Below are positions 1 through 9,854 of a DNA stretch of 55,571 nucleotides, piece by piece. The notes beneath the pieces were generated by a model. The model ran no database searches and was not told where the DNA came from. It worked only from the letters and a program-made list of their open reading frames with translations. Made by a program: the position numbers and the translations under genes. The stretch covers positions 1 through 55,571 of IMG/VR virus record IMGVR_UViG_3300049924_000170; one strand, written 5' to 3'. How positions within the stretch are numbered: position 1 is the first letter of the stretch; each line of letters begins with the position of its first letter. The stretch comes from a virus. Lineage: Duplodnaviria; Caudoviricetes.

Positions 1-529
1 TGCTTATGCTGCTGATGATGCTGCTGCTTATGCTGCTGCTGCTGCTGCTGCTGATGATGCTGCTGCTGCTGCTGCTTATGCTGCTGATGATGCTGCTGCT
101 GATGCTGCTGCTTATGCTGCTGATGATGCTGCTGCTGATGCTGCTGCTTATGCTGCTGCTGCTGCTGCTGCTTATGCTGCTGCTGATGATGCTGCTGCTT
201 ATGCTGCTGCTTATGCTGCTGATGATGCTGCTGCTGATGCTGCTGCTTATGCTGCTGCTGCTGCTGCTGCTTATGCTGCTGCTTATGCTGCTGATGATGC
301 TGCTGCTGATGCTGCTGCTTATGCTGCTGCTGCTGCTGCTGCTTATGCTGCTGCTTATGCTGCTGCTGCTGCTGCTTATGCTGCTGCTGCTGCTTATGCT
401 GCTGATGATGCTGCTGCTGCTGCTGCTTATGCTGCTGCTGCTGCTTATGCTGCTGATGATGCTGCTGCTGATGCTGCTGCTTATGCTGCTGCTGCTGCTG
501 CTGCTTATGCTGCTGCTTATGCTGCTGCT
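1..529. repeat. Degenerate (GCT)n trinucleotide repeat with TAT/GAT interruptions
   Basis: Directly visible; same repeat occupies 55324-55571. Confidence 0.95.
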
Positions 530-586
530 AAAACTGGACAACAAAATTTAAATTTAGAATATTTAAAACAGGCGATGAGTATTTAA
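2..586 (+). CDS. C-terminal part of Ala/Tyr/Asp low-complexity protein (continuation of ORF starting at 54986)
   Basis: Frame from nt 2 reads GCT/TAT/GAT codons (AYAADDAAAY...), then KTGQQNLNLEYLKQAMSI*, with TAA at 584-586 one nt before the primase ATG. Confidence 0.8.
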   Translation, partial: AYAADDAAAYAAAAAAADDAAAAAAYAADDAAADAAAYAADDAAADAAAYAAAAAAAYAAADDAAAYAAAYAADDAAADAAAYAAAAAAAYAAAYAADDAAADAAAYAAAAAAAYAAAYAAAAAAYAAAAAYAADDAAAAAAYAAAAAYAADDAAADAAAYAAAAAAAYAAAYAAAKTGQQNLNLEYLKQAMSI

Positions 587-587
587 T

Positions 588-1421
588 ATGACTTATAAAT
601 CACAATTAGACCATTTATTTACTCCCGACCAATTTGTCTTTACTGGCGACGAATACTACTTACAACCTGTAGACCGGTCAGCCTTTTTTTGTATAAATCC
701 GGTATCAAATTTAGATAACAGACAATTGGACAATTTGTCAAACTTACAAAACTTTCTAATTGAGTTTGATGAAGCGGAACTTACAGACCAAAAAGCTGCG
801 ATTCCCCTAATTGAACAGGCCGGTATAAACATTGCTACAGCAGTTTACAGCGGCTCTAAATCAGTTCATCTAATATTCAGTATGGCTGAAACTTTACAGA
901 CCGACTATCGCTCTGCTTGGATTGCTTTGTCATTAGAGATAAAACAGTTAACTGGACTTAAGGCAGACCCTCAATGTAAAAATGCCAACAGACTTAGCAG
1001 ACTTGCAGGCTATACCAGACCAGATACAGGTAAGGTGCAAGAATTATTACATGTAGGTGGTTACATAAAAAATGAACTATTGCACAACCTAATTTTAAAA
1101 CATGATATAAAAAGTACTGTTAAACAGAGCATGGCACCCCTTAATAATTCTTTAGACGTATCAGACTTTGAAACTTTATTACGCAGACAAGAGCATGGGC
1201 TGCTAAATAAATTTCTTACCGTTGACCGCTGGGCATCTTCAATCGGTATGTACGATAAACTGTTTAGACTTACCTGCTGGGCTATAGATGCTACAGGTGT
1301 CCCCGAAGGAGTATTTAAAGAATATGCGCGTAGAAAATTATACCCCAGTTTACTTGAGGCAGGATACCCGGCAAATAAGCTTGACAGACCTATTGAAAAT
1401 GCATACACTTATAAGTTCTAA
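588..1421 (+). CDS. AEP/RepB-like DNA primase
   Basis: FLIEFD, VYSGSKSVH and DPQCKNANRLSRLAG motifs; adjacent to helicase. Confidence 0.75.
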   Translation: MTYKSQLDHLFTPDQFVFTGDEYYLQPVDRSAFFCINPVSNLDNRQLDNLSNLQNFLIEFDEAELTDQKAAIPLIEQAGINIATAVYSGSKSVHLIFSMAETLQTDYRSAWIALSLEIKQLTGLKADPQCKNANRLSRLAGYTRPDTGKVQELLHVGGYIKNELLHNLILKHDIKSTVKQSMAPLNNSLDVSDFETLLRRQEHGLLNKFLTVDRWASSIGMYDKLFRLTCWAIDATGVPEGVFKEYARRKLYPSLLEAGYPANKLDRPIENAYTYKF

Positions 1422-1458
1422 AACCCTTTTGGACCGGCGATAATTTTTAGGAGCAAGT

Positions 1459-1632
1459 ATGAATATTTTAAAATTAGCAGCATCAATACTTATAACTTTA
1501 GTTACGTTTGCAGTTATAATTTCCGGAGGTTATTTCTTATATTACCTATTCGAGTCTAACAATTATCTTATATTTTTCTTACTTCTAATTTTTTCAGCGA
1601 CAGTAACTCTTGTTTATAGGACTTTGGAGTAG
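1459..1632 (+). CDS. Small two-TM membrane protein (57 aa, not in ORF track)
   Basis: AGGAG RBS, MNILKLAASILITLV...YRTLE*, stop abuts helicase start. Confidence 0.6.
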   Translation: MNILKLAASILITLVTFAVIISGGYFLYYLFESNNYLIFFLLLIFSATVTLVYRTLE

Positions 1633-1633
1633 T

Positions 1634-3037
1634 ATGTACGACTTAGAATATATTTTAGAACATTTAATAACACAGTGTAGAAATGGTAAAAAGTATGATA
1701 AAATTGTGTACAACTTTTTAAATAATGACAAGGCACCCGTAGCTGAAAAAGACAAGAAGCTGGTCCTATCACTGTTTGAAGAAGCAATTCAATCGTATCC
1801 AAACTTTCAAACAACTCAAGATGTATTAACGCTAGACTTCATCCAGGACATTACCACTGGAAACTGTCACTTAGTAGACAGCGTTACAAAAAAAATGATG
1901 CCAGTAAACATTACGGCAATCGAAAACGCCTTTAACAAAAAAGCATTTGATTACATTAAATCTAAAAAACTATATAGCGTATTTTTGGGCTGGAACCCTG
2001 ACTCTACAGCTTTCAAATACAAGGAGAATTTGGTGCAATCAATAAATCTATACAGACCTGCAGACTGGCAATTACCATATTTCTTCAAAGGACAGCCAGT
2101 CCCTGCTACTCCTATGCCTAAAGTATATGTAGACTTCTTTAAACATTTAACTGCAAACCAAATGTCTTACGATTACATGCTAGCCTTTACAGCTGCAACA
2201 GTTCAGCACGGTTTTAAGCCTCAAAATTACTGCGTGTTAACTGGAACTCAAGGAATTGGTAAAGGAGTTTACTTTCAAATTATGCAAAAACTATTAGGAT
2301 TTGACAACACTGGAGGCACAGACGCCAACAAACTAATAGACTCTAAGTTCAATGCGTTTGCCAGAAATAAAAAGTTAATCTTCATTGATGAATTAGAAAT
2401 TAAAAAATCAGGAGACGAGAACATACTAAAGCCATTTGTAAATGACACAATAGCTATTGAAGCTAAGGGAGTAGATTCAGTTTCAGTTAAAAACTACGCA
2501 TCCATTCTACTTGCGTCTAATAACATAGGAAACATGAAAATATCTAGAGAAGACAGACGGTTTTGCTTTGTAGATACAGGGCCTGTAAAGCTTCTTGACT
2601 ATGTTAAAAATTTAAAATGCGGACATACTTTAGACTCATATGTAAAAGAAATACTATTAGACGATACAAATATTGCAGAATTTGGAAGATATTTACTAAA
2701 TTTTAAATATGATAAAAATTTGTTAATAGACATGTTAGAGTCAGAAACGCGCAAAACACTCCAAGAAGAAACAGCTTCTGACTGGGTACACGTAGTTATG
2801 GCAAACTTATGTCCTAAGTACAAGGGTAAGAAAATGCTATTAACAGAAGCCCAGGAGCACTTGAAAGTACTGACTAATAGTACTAAAATACCGGGTCGAA
2901 GAGCCTGGATACAATTATCAAAAGATATACCTGGGTACTTTACAGTAAGGGTGCTGAAAGAGTCTAACGGAGAACAGAATTTCTACATAGAATTTGCAAG
3001 CGACAAAGAAATGCCTACATACCTAAAGGAGTCCTAG
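1634..3037 (+). CDS. SF3 / NrS-1-like (DUF5906-type) helicase
   Basis: Walker A GTQGIGKG, Walker B IFIDE, ASNN and DRRF motifs; ATG 1634 with GGAG RBS. Confidence 0.85.
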   Translation: MYDLEYILEHLITQCRNGKKYDKIVYNFLNNDKAPVAEKDKKLVLSLFEEAIQSYPNFQTTQDVLTLDFIQDITTGNCHLVDSVTKKMMPVNITAIENAFNKKAFDYIKSKKLYSVFLGWNPDSTAFKYKENLVQSINLYRPADWQLPYFFKGQPVPATPMPKVYVDFFKHLTANQMSYDYMLAFTAATVQHGFKPQNYCVLTGTQGIGKGVYFQIMQKLLGFDNTGGTDANKLIDSKFNAFARNKKLIFIDELEIKKSGDENILKPFVNDTIAIEAKGVDSVSVKNYASILLASNNIGNMKISREDRRFCFVDTGPVKLLDYVKNLKCGHTLDSYVKEILLDDTNIAEFGRYLLNFKYDKNLLIDMLESETRKTLQEETASDWVHVVMANLCPKYKGKKMLLTEAQEHLKVLTNSTKIPGRRAWIQLSKDIPGYFTVRVLKESNGEQNFYIEFASDKEMPTYLKES

Positions 3038-3039
3038 TC

Positions 3040-3225
3040 ATGAAATTACTGTTTAAAGTATTAGTAGCAACCATATTCATATTTTTTGTATTAGCCGTAC
3101 TGGACCCTTTAAAAGCCGCCTACTTATTTAACACAATTGCATCTATTATTTATATAGCTGTATCAACAACTTTAACACAGATGCTACTTTTAGCTCTAGA
3201 ATTGCGAGCCCTTGTATGGAACTAG
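3040..3225 (+). CDS. Small membrane protein
   Basis: RBS AAGGAG, hydrophobic 61 aa ORF in operon. Confidence 0.55.
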   Translation: MKLLFKVLVATIFIFFVLAVLDPLKAAYLFNTIASIIYIAVSTTLTQMLLLALELRALVWN

Positions 3226-4058
3226 TGCCAAAACCAGCCCCGAAAGTACTTGTAGACGGACTTAATGATTGCGATAACTCTGATTACCATGCAGACCGTA
3301 AGTACTTAAGCAGTTCTGTTTTGAAGTCAGTATATAAGTCATTGGATAATTATTACAACGAATATATATTAGGATTAAAGAAGGAAATTAGTACCAGCAC
3401 TCAATCTGCATTTGATTTAGGTAGTTTAGTACATAGTTACATATTGGAACCGGACAAAACCTTAAACGACTTTGCTTTCTTTTCAGGCTTTAGAAAAGCT
3501 GGTAAAGAGTATGAGGACTTTTTAGAAGCTACTGCAAAAGGCAAAACTGTTGTTAGTAGCAGCCAAAAGCAGCAAGCAGAAGCTATGATTGAATCTTTTA
3601 AAAAGAATGACGCGGCTAAAAATTTAATTAGTAACGGATTTGCAGAACAAACTATATGTGGTACTCTAAAAGGCGTGCCAATTAAAGTACGCTTTGACTG
3701 GATAAACGTTGAAGCAGGTTACATAGCAGATGTTAAAACTAGCGCATATCCAAGTGACAAAGAGTCCTTTAAGCTTACAGTTGACGGCCTTATGTATAAC
3801 TTGTCAGCAGCTCTATACTGTGCAATGGCCGAACAGTATTATGGCAAAAAGTTTGACTTCTACTTTATTGTTCTTAGTAAAAAAGACAGAACTTGTGATG
3901 TATTTAAAACGTCAGAAGAGACTATGCAGACCGGCATGGACGTTGTAAATAAGGCGTTAGTAAAATATAAAAAGGCTAAAGAAACAAATGTCTGGACAGA
4001 ACTGGTAGACCCTGCTAGAATCTTGGAAGACACAAAATACGTTATAGAGGAAATATGA
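3216..4058 (+). CDS. PD-(D/E)XK exonuclease, RecE/exonuclease VIII (DUF3799)-like
   Basis: YHAD..LSSS, GSLVHSYILEP, KVRFDW...IADVKT and Y..SAALY motifs. Confidence 0.85.
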   Translation: MELVPKPAPKVLVDGLNDCDNSDYHADRKYLSSSVLKSVYKSLDNYYNEYILGLKKEISTSTQSAFDLGSLVHSYILEPDKTLNDFAFFSGFRKAGKEYEDFLEATAKGKTVVSSSQKQQAEAMIESFKKNDAAKNLISNGFAEQTICGTLKGVPIKVRFDWINVEAGYIADVKTSAYPSDKESFKLTVDGLMYNLSAALYCAMAEQYYGKKFDFYFIVLSKKDRTCDVFKTSEETMQTGMDVVNKALVKYKKAKETNVWTELVDPARILEDTKYVIEEI

Positions 4059-4243
4059 CTACAGTTCAGAACCAAGTTATTTTATTAGAAAGATTAAAGT
4101 ATTATGAGGCTGCTTACGCTTCTGGCATACGACTAATAAAAGCAGCGCCCACAGGCTCAGAATGTCAAATACATCTTTTTAACGCGGCTAAATATTATCA
4201 AGAGAAGATAAACAGCTTAAGAACAGAATTGAGGAAAATATGA
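4055..4243 (+). CDS. Hypothetical protein
   Basis: ATGA-coupled ORF with RBS. Confidence 0.6.
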   Translation: MTTVQNQVILLERLKYYEAAYASGIRLIKAAPTGSECQIHLFNAAKYYQEKINSLRTELRKI

Positions 4244-4608
4244 GCAATATAGATGATTACTTAGGACTTTTAGATAATATGTCAAAAGAACAAGGACGTC
4301 GCGATAACAAAGAAAAAACTCGTTGGAGAAATGTTCCCTTATTTCTATTTGAAGATGTTATTAAAGTAGGACAGTTTGGCGAAAAGAAGTATGATACTTT
4401 TAATTATATGAAGGGCCTAAGCATTAACGACACTCTTGACGCCCTTAAGCGCCATTTAATGAAATTTGAATCTCCATATGAATCTGACAATGATAATGAA
4501 TCTTTTCAAAATCACTTGGCCCACGTAGCCTGGAATGCTATAGTAGCCTTACACATGTTAAAGACTCGTCCAGATTTAGATGACCGGTACAAGTTAGGTA
4601 ATAAGTAA
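4240..4608 (+). CDS. dATP/dGTP diphosphohydrolase domain protein (DUF5664-like)
   Basis: FGEKKYDTFNYMKG...ALKRHL...D.ES..NHLAHVAWN signature. Confidence 0.8.
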   Translation: MSNIDDYLGLLDNMSKEQGRRDNKEKTRWRNVPLFLFEDVIKVGQFGEKKYDTFNYMKGLSINDTLDALKRHLMKFESPYESDNDNESFQNHLAHVAWNAIVALHMLKTRPDLDDRYKLGNK

Positions 4609-4609
4609 C

Positions 4610-4804
4610 ATGAAACAGTTAAATGACGTAGAAGTTCAAGCTACAATACTATTAAAGGAATTAGAATATTCAATTGTAAATGGCTCACATATTCCTGCAA
4701 ACGTAATTAACCAAATGTCAATTTTAAAACAATCTATTCTGGATGCAAACGAACAGCTTGCAAAAGATTTAGAAATAATGTATTCTTTTATAGATAAAAA
4801 TTAA
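4610..4804 (+). CDS. Hypothetical protein
   Basis: ORF packed in operon. Confidence 0.55.
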   Translation: MKQLNDVEVQATILLKELEYSIVNGSHIPANVINQMSILKQSILDANEQLAKDLEIMYSFIDKN

Positions 4805-4864
4805 TAAGCAGTGCAATTATGCACACTTAAAACCGACGTTTTGAAACGTCAGAAAAGAGCCCAC

Positions 4865-5239
4865 ATGGCAACAATCAAGTACAAAGAGCAGGCAGCAAAG
4901 TCAACAGCAACATACATCAAAGCTAAGGAATTGGCTGAGGCTGGAAAGACCGGCGTAGTCGCTGAAGGCATTTTTGTAGGTACCACTCCGAATCAGTTTG
5001 ATGACACAGCTGATAAATCTCGCCCCAATATTAAAATTGAATTAGCTAAACCAGATGCAAATGGTAACAAGGAGGTAATCATCAATAGCGCTGGAAATTT
5101 AAACAGTCGCTTTAGAGATGTACCAGTCGGCACACCAGTCCAAGTCCAATACTTAGGTATGGAAAAGATTACCGGCTCTAAAAATCCAAAAGTGAACGGG
5201 AAGATGTCACACCAGTTTAAAGTGTTACTAGGAGAATAG
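4865..5239 (+). CDS. Putative ssDNA-binding (OB-fold-like) protein
   Basis: Beta-rich, ends ..VQYLGMEK...HQFKV; lies in replication cluster and is followed by a terminator; probable start MATIKY at 4865. Confidence 0.4.
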   Translation: MATIKYKEQAAKSTATYIKAKELAEAGKTGVVAEGIFVGTTPNQFDDTADKSRPNIKIELAKPDANGNKEVIINSAGNLNSRFRDVPVGTPVQVQYLGMEKITGSKNPKVNGKMSHQFKVLLGE

Positions 5240-5247
5240 ATTTTAAC

Positions 5248-5279
5248 AGCCCCAGACGGACTTGGGGCTTTTTTATTTT
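5248..5279 (+). terminator. Intrinsic terminator
   Basis: AGCCCCA-gacggact-TGGGGCT hairpin plus T-tract. Confidence 0.85.
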
Positions 5280-5288
5280 GGAGGACTA

Positions 5289-5744
5289 ATGAGTATAAGC
5301 ATGGAAGAGTTAACAATGGGTAGGGATAAATTATATCCCCAAGAATTTACTAAGGAAGTACAAGCTAACTTAAAAGTTTTACATGAGAAAATTAATATCA
5401 TTAGAAAAGCATATGGCAAACCAATGACAGTCACAAGTGGCTGGAGGCCTTCTGCAATTAATTCTGCTACTGCAGGAGCAGCAAAAGCTTCTAAGCACTT
5501 GTCAGGCTTAGCTGTTGACATAAAAGATACAACAAATGACCTATGGAACTGGTGTATGGAAAACTTACAGTTGCTACAAGACCAGGGACTATATTTAGAA
5601 GACAGACGCTTCACTCAAAGCTGGGTGCATTTTCAATGTGGGTCGCCTCGCTCCGGGCTGCGAATTTTTAAACCATCCACAGCTCCGATGCCTCACCCCA
5701 CCCTTTGGAGCGGTAAGTATGACAAAAAGTTTGACAAGGCATAA
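5289..5744 (+). CDS. Peptidase M15 family peptidoglycan hydrolase (endolysin candidate)
   Basis: SGWR, SKHLSGLAVD (SxHxxGxAxD) and WVHF zinc ligands; GGAGG RBS before ATG 5289. Confidence 0.85.
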   Translation: MSISMEELTMGRDKLYPQEFTKEVQANLKVLHEKINIIRKAYGKPMTVTSGWRPSAINSATAGAAKASKHLSGLAVDIKDTTNDLWNWCMENLQLLQDQGLYLEDRRFTQSWVHFQCGSPRSGLRIFKPSTAPMPHPTLWSGKYDKKFDKA

Positions 5745-5745
5745 C

Positions 5746-5976
5746 ATGAAATATATAAAAGAATATAAAGAAGTAGAATTTCGTATAAAAGATTTACAGT
5801 CTAAGATTAAACAGATTACAAGATATGAAGACAATCCTAGATTAAAACAAAAAGTAGTATCAAATGGAATTTTATTGCGTTTACAAGAAAGGTTAAGTAT
5901 ATTAGAGAAAAGAAGGTACGAATTAGAAACTATAAGTACAGTTGTTAGGGTCTTATCATTTTTACATATTATATAG
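5746..5976 (+). CDS. Hypothetical coiled-coil protein
   Basis: Probable start MKYIKE at 5746, right after the upstream stop. Confidence 0.5.
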   Translation: MKYIKEYKEVEFRIKDLQSKIKQITRYEDNPRLKQKVVSNGILLRLQERLSILEKRRYELETISTVVRVLSFLHII

Positions 5977-5983
5977 GAGCTAC

Positions 5984-6508
5984 ATGTCTATTTCGGACGA
6001 AAAATGGCAACAGATTAGAGCCAAGTGGGCCACTCAAACTGAAACCGCTAAGCCTGCAGACTTTAAAAAAGATTTAAAAAAAGGCCAAGATGCTGAGCAC
6101 AATTTCTTTATGAAGTTCCAGCAGCACATGACGAGAACAGATGGTCGTCGTGGAGACTTCCTTATAAACAAAACTGAGGAAATTTTAGAATTGAAAACAG
6201 ATTTTTACGACCCGGATAGTACTCCTAATATATTTATAGAAAAATACTCATATCAAGATAAACCAGGAGGGCCTTTTCAGTCGAAAGAGCATGGCGTATC
6301 TTACTATGCCTACTGGTTTCCTAAAACAGACCTTTTACTATTGTTCAATGTAGACCAACTTATAAAAAGAATAAAAAAATTAGAGGCTAATCTAAAAACT
6401 GTCTCAATAAAGAACAAGAATTATAGTACTTTAGGGTATTTAGTTGACAGAAACCTTCTACAAGATATATTATTAGACCCAGAAGAGGTTATACTCAATG
6501 GAAAATAA
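5984..6508 (+). CDS. PD-(D/E)XK nuclease-like protein
   Basis: G..AE...GDFL...ELKTD..TPNIFIE pattern; AGGAG RBS before ATG 5984. Confidence 0.6.
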   Translation: MSISDEKWQQIRAKWATQTETAKPADFKKDLKKGQDAEHNFFMKFQQHMTRTDGRRGDFLINKTEEILELKTDFYDPDSTPNIFIEKYSYQDKPGGPFQSKEHGVSYYAYWFPKTDLLLLFNVDQLIKRIKKLEANLKTVSIKNKNYSTLGYLVDRNLLQDILLDPEEVILNGK

Positions 6509-7121
6509 AAAATGCACAAAATGTCTAGAAACAAAACCCTTAGATATGTTTGCAAAAAAGAACACAAATCACTGGTGCAAAAACTGTCAGAATATATACA
6601 CTAGAGAGTATTATTCAAATAATAGGGATAAAATTTTAAAAAATAATAAAAAATACGCAATAGAAAATAAGCATAAGCAAAAAGAATATCACATAAAATA
6701 TCATCAAAAAAATAAAGACAGGAAAAGAGAATATAGCAAAGAGTACTATATAAAAAACAAAGAAAGTATAATTAAAAAAACTATGGCCTACACTAAAAGT
6801 AAGAGAAATGTGTGCCCAGTATTTTCTTTAAAAGAAAGAATAAGAAGGCGAATAAGCGAAGCTTTAAAAAGTAATAATCACAAAAAAGAAGGTATGTCTA
6901 TACAATACCTAGGATGTACCTGGTTAGAACTAAAAGAGCACTTAGAATGTCAGTTCAAACCTGGAATGTCTTGGGAAAATAGAAAAGAATGGCATGTGGA
7001 CCACATAATACCACTAGCTTTATTCGACTTAACTGATTTAGAACAACAAAAAACAGCTTTTCATGTAACTAATTTACAACCTTTATGGGCTAAAGATAAT
7101 TTAAAAAAGGGCGGAAAATGA
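6498..7121 (+). CDS. HNH homing endonuclease
   Basis: N-terminal CxxC/CxxC, YLGC...MSWEN...WHVDHIIP...NLQPLWAKDN; free-standing, directly before DNA polymerase. Confidence 0.85.
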   Translation: MENKKCTKCLETKPLDMFAKKNTNHWCKNCQNIYTREYYSNNRDKILKNNKKYAIENKHKQKEYHIKYHQKNKDRKREYSKEYYIKNKESIIKKTMAYTKSKRNVCPVFSLKERIRRRISEALKSNNHKKEGMSIQYLGCTWLELKEHLECQFKPGMSWENRKEWHVDHIIPLALFDLTDLEQQKTAFHVTNLQPLWAKDNLKKGGK

Positions 7122-9367
7122 TTATTACAGATAAAAAAGATTTACATCTAGCTAAAAAGATTATAGAATCTGACTACTACTTAAGTTTCGATACTGAAAC
7201 AAATTCTTTAAATGTAAGAAAAGCTGTAGTCATAGGTATGTCATGTGCCAACACTTCTGGACAATCTTTCTATATAGTCTTAAAAAAATGGAATGGTAAA
7301 GAATTAGAAACTCTTATAGACGATTCAGAAGTATTGCCTCTATTAAAACTGTTGCAAAAACGTAGACTAATAATGCACAATGCTGCATACGACATTCAAG
7401 TGGTTAATAATTACTTTAAGATTGATTTAACTGATGCCCTATACTCTGATACGATGATTTCTTGTCATACTACAGATGAAAATAGATTTACATACGGACT
7501 AAAGCCTATTGCAGCAGATTTATTTGGCGCAGAATCATTGGAAGAGCAGTCTGACATGAAGCAGTCCATTAAAGATAACGGAGGAGCTGACGGGGAATTG
7601 TACAGGGCAGACTATTTAAAAATAGCAAAGTATGGAGAAAAAGATGCCATATTAACTATGAAGCTTCACAAGCATTTTGACGCAGAATTACATAAACAAG
7701 GACTGTCTGAATTTTTCTATACCGATGAAGTCATGCCACTACTTAAATATGTATCCATTCCTATGGTAAGCAGAGGTATTCCACTAGACTTGTCTTTAAT
7801 GAAAAAATGTCTAGAAGAGATAAAAGTAGATTTAAATAGATTACAAGAAGACATTCAAGCTGCCATAGCTCCGCACTTAGATGATTTTAACCGCTGGTAC
7901 TTAAACAAAGAGTATCCTGGAACGCAATTATCTGGTCAATTTTTAGAAGCTTTATGCTCTATCATTGCCCCATCAGACTGGCCTAAAACCAAAGCTGGGA
8001 CGCACAGTTTTTCTAAAACAGCTTTTAAAAAGAAGCCACATCTATTTGAGACCGACCTATGGAAGTATTATGATGCCCAAATGCGTTTACCAGCTGAATT
8101 AACTGACCAAGTGAGATTAAAACTGTTTGAAGCAAGTGGCGAAAAGTATATGTTCAACATACTGAGTAAGGACCATTTAAAGCGTTTATTTTTTACTAAG
8201 CTAAAAGAAGAGCCTACATCTACTACAGAGAAAGGGTCAGCCCAGGTAGAGGATGATTTTTTAATAGCAATGTCTGAAAAATATGAATGGGTTAAGTGGC
8301 TACGTACCTTTAACAAATTAACAAAAATTAAATCTACCTACATTGAACGATTTTTAGATAAGCAAGAGGATGGTATTTTCTACCCTTCATATTTTCAACA
8401 TAGAACAGTATCGGGCAGATTTGGAAGTGATTTTCAGCAGCTTAGCAGGCCATTAGAAGAAGGCCAAGCTGAACCTATAGTAATAAAATACAACAATGAA
8501 ATTAGAAAATTTTTCATTTCTGGACCTGGAAAGCTTTTAGTAGATGACGATTTCGAAAGCTTAGAGCCTCATACGTTCGCTCACGTTTCAGGAGATGAAG
8601 GTCTTAAAAACATATTCAGAAATAATCATGACTTCTACTCGACCATTGCAATTGCTACCGAAGGTTTGACCGAATACAGTTCAGACAAAAAAGCAGAAAA
8701 CTATTTAGGTAAAAAGAATAAGTCCAAACGGCAAACTGCAAAAGCATATAGCCTGGGGGTACCATATGGCTTAAGCGCTTACGCTCTAGCTATGTCACTT
8801 AATGCACAAGGCATGGATATCAATGACAAAGAAGCTCAAAGACTAATTAATAACTACTTGAATGCCTATCCAGATTTAAAAAAATGGATGAAAGAGTCTG
8901 AAGAGTTTGCAATTAAGAATGGGTTCATGAGAATTGAAACGGGCCGCATAAGACACTTTCCAGAGTTACCGGCTCTTATAAAAAAGCATGAAGGTGTTGA
9001 CATGACCAATCATTTAGAAATATGGAAGGCATATCATGAGCGTCACAATGATTACAAACAAGCTAAAGAAGACGGTAAAAAGATTAGAAATTATTTAAAC
9101 AATGCAAAAAATATACAGATTCAAGGATTATCTGCTTCCATAGTTAACAGAGCCTCTATTGCCCTAGCCCATGATTTAAAACAGCTTTCTGGAGATAATT
9201 ACATCTGCGCCCAAATTCATGACCAAGTAGTAGTAAGATGTGAAGAAAATAATGTTGACATAGTAAAAGAAATGGTTCAAAATAGATTAGAAAATACTTA
9301 CAAGCTTAGTATTGCTCTTAAAGCTGTACCTAGCGTAGGCCTTAACTTAGCAGAATCGAAAGGATAA
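7118..9367 (+). CDS. polA: Family A DNA polymerase with 3'-5' exonuclease
   Basis: ExoI DTET, ExoII HNAAYD, ExoIII YGEKDA; TVSGRF; motif A DFESLEP, motif B RQTAKAYSLGVPYG, motif C IHDQ. Confidence 0.95.
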   Translation: MIITDKKDLHLAKKIIESDYYLSFDTETNSLNVRKAVVIGMSCANTSGQSFYIVLKKWNGKELETLIDDSEVLPLLKLLQKRRLIMHNAAYDIQVVNNYFKIDLTDALYSDTMISCHTTDENRFTYGLKPIAADLFGAESLEEQSDMKQSIKDNGGADGELYRADYLKIAKYGEKDAILTMKLHKHFDAELHKQGLSEFFYTDEVMPLLKYVSIPMVSRGIPLDLSLMKKCLEEIKVDLNRLQEDIQAAIAPHLDDFNRWYLNKEYPGTQLSGQFLEALCSIIAPSDWPKTKAGTHSFSKTAFKKKPHLFETDLWKYYDAQMRLPAELTDQVRLKLFEASGEKYMFNILSKDHLKRLFFTKLKEEPTSTTEKGSAQVEDDFLIAMSEKYEWVKWLRTFNKLTKIKSTYIERFLDKQEDGIFYPSYFQHRTVSGRFGSDFQQLSRPLEEGQAEPIVIKYNNEIRKFFISGPGKLLVDDDFESLEPHTFAHVSGDEGLKNIFRNNHDFYSTIAIATEGLTEYSSDKKAENYLGKKNKSKRQTAKAYSLGVPYGLSAYALAMSLNAQGMDINDKEAQRLINNYLNAYPDLKKWMKESEEFAIKNGFMRIETGRIRHFPELPALIKKHEGVDMTNHLEIWKAYHERHNDYKQAKEDGKKIRNYLNNAKNIQIQGLSASIVNRASIALAHDLKQLSGDNYICAQIHDQVVVRCEENNVDIVKEMVQNRLENTYKLSIALKAVPSVGLNLAESKG

Positions 9368-9368
9368 T

Positions 9369-9854
9369 ATGAAACTACTAGCTATTACACTTTATGTACT
9401 AAACTATATACGATGCGCTATTGGATGTATTTATAACTATATTAAATATTCTAGAAAATTCAGTGTTTGGGGTTTAAGCGATATCCCACTACTATTTATA
9501 CCAAGACATGATAGATATTTTTTGGACCAAGACTATCCTTATTACTCAATAAATCTAACTAATGCATATAGTACGGCCAGAAGGCTGTCTATGACAGACC
9601 CAACTGGATATTTCCTAAAGTGTATATTGTTAGATAATAAAAAGCACTTTTCCACGGTCGTATTAGAAGAACTACTAGAATTGGCTGTATATAATAACAA
9701 GATAAATAATATAAAAGAGATACTAGATATTAGAAATATTAAATTTAATTTAAAAATGGAACAGTCTATATATCCAGCAATGAAGTATGTAATTCAACAT
9801 AATATAAAAATGTTAGAAATTGATAATAAATTTAAAGAAGAGGAAATCATATGA
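9369..9854 (+). CDS. Hypothetical protein
   Basis: ORF with RBS in operon. Confidence 0.6.
   Translation: MKLLAITLYVLNYIRCAIGCIYNYIKYSRKFSVWGLSDIPLLFIPRHDRYFLDQDYPYYSINLTNAYSTARRLSMTDPTGYFLKCILLDNKKHFSTVVLEELLELAVYNNKINNIKEILDIRNIKFNLKMEQSIYPAMKYVIQHNIKMLEIDNKFKEEEII

Noticed and set aside
6-551. 181 aa poly-Leu/Met ORF from the ORF track
   Set aside because: Shifted reading of the GCT repeat; the Ala frame is continuous with the RBS-bearing start at 54986 and ends adjacent to the primase
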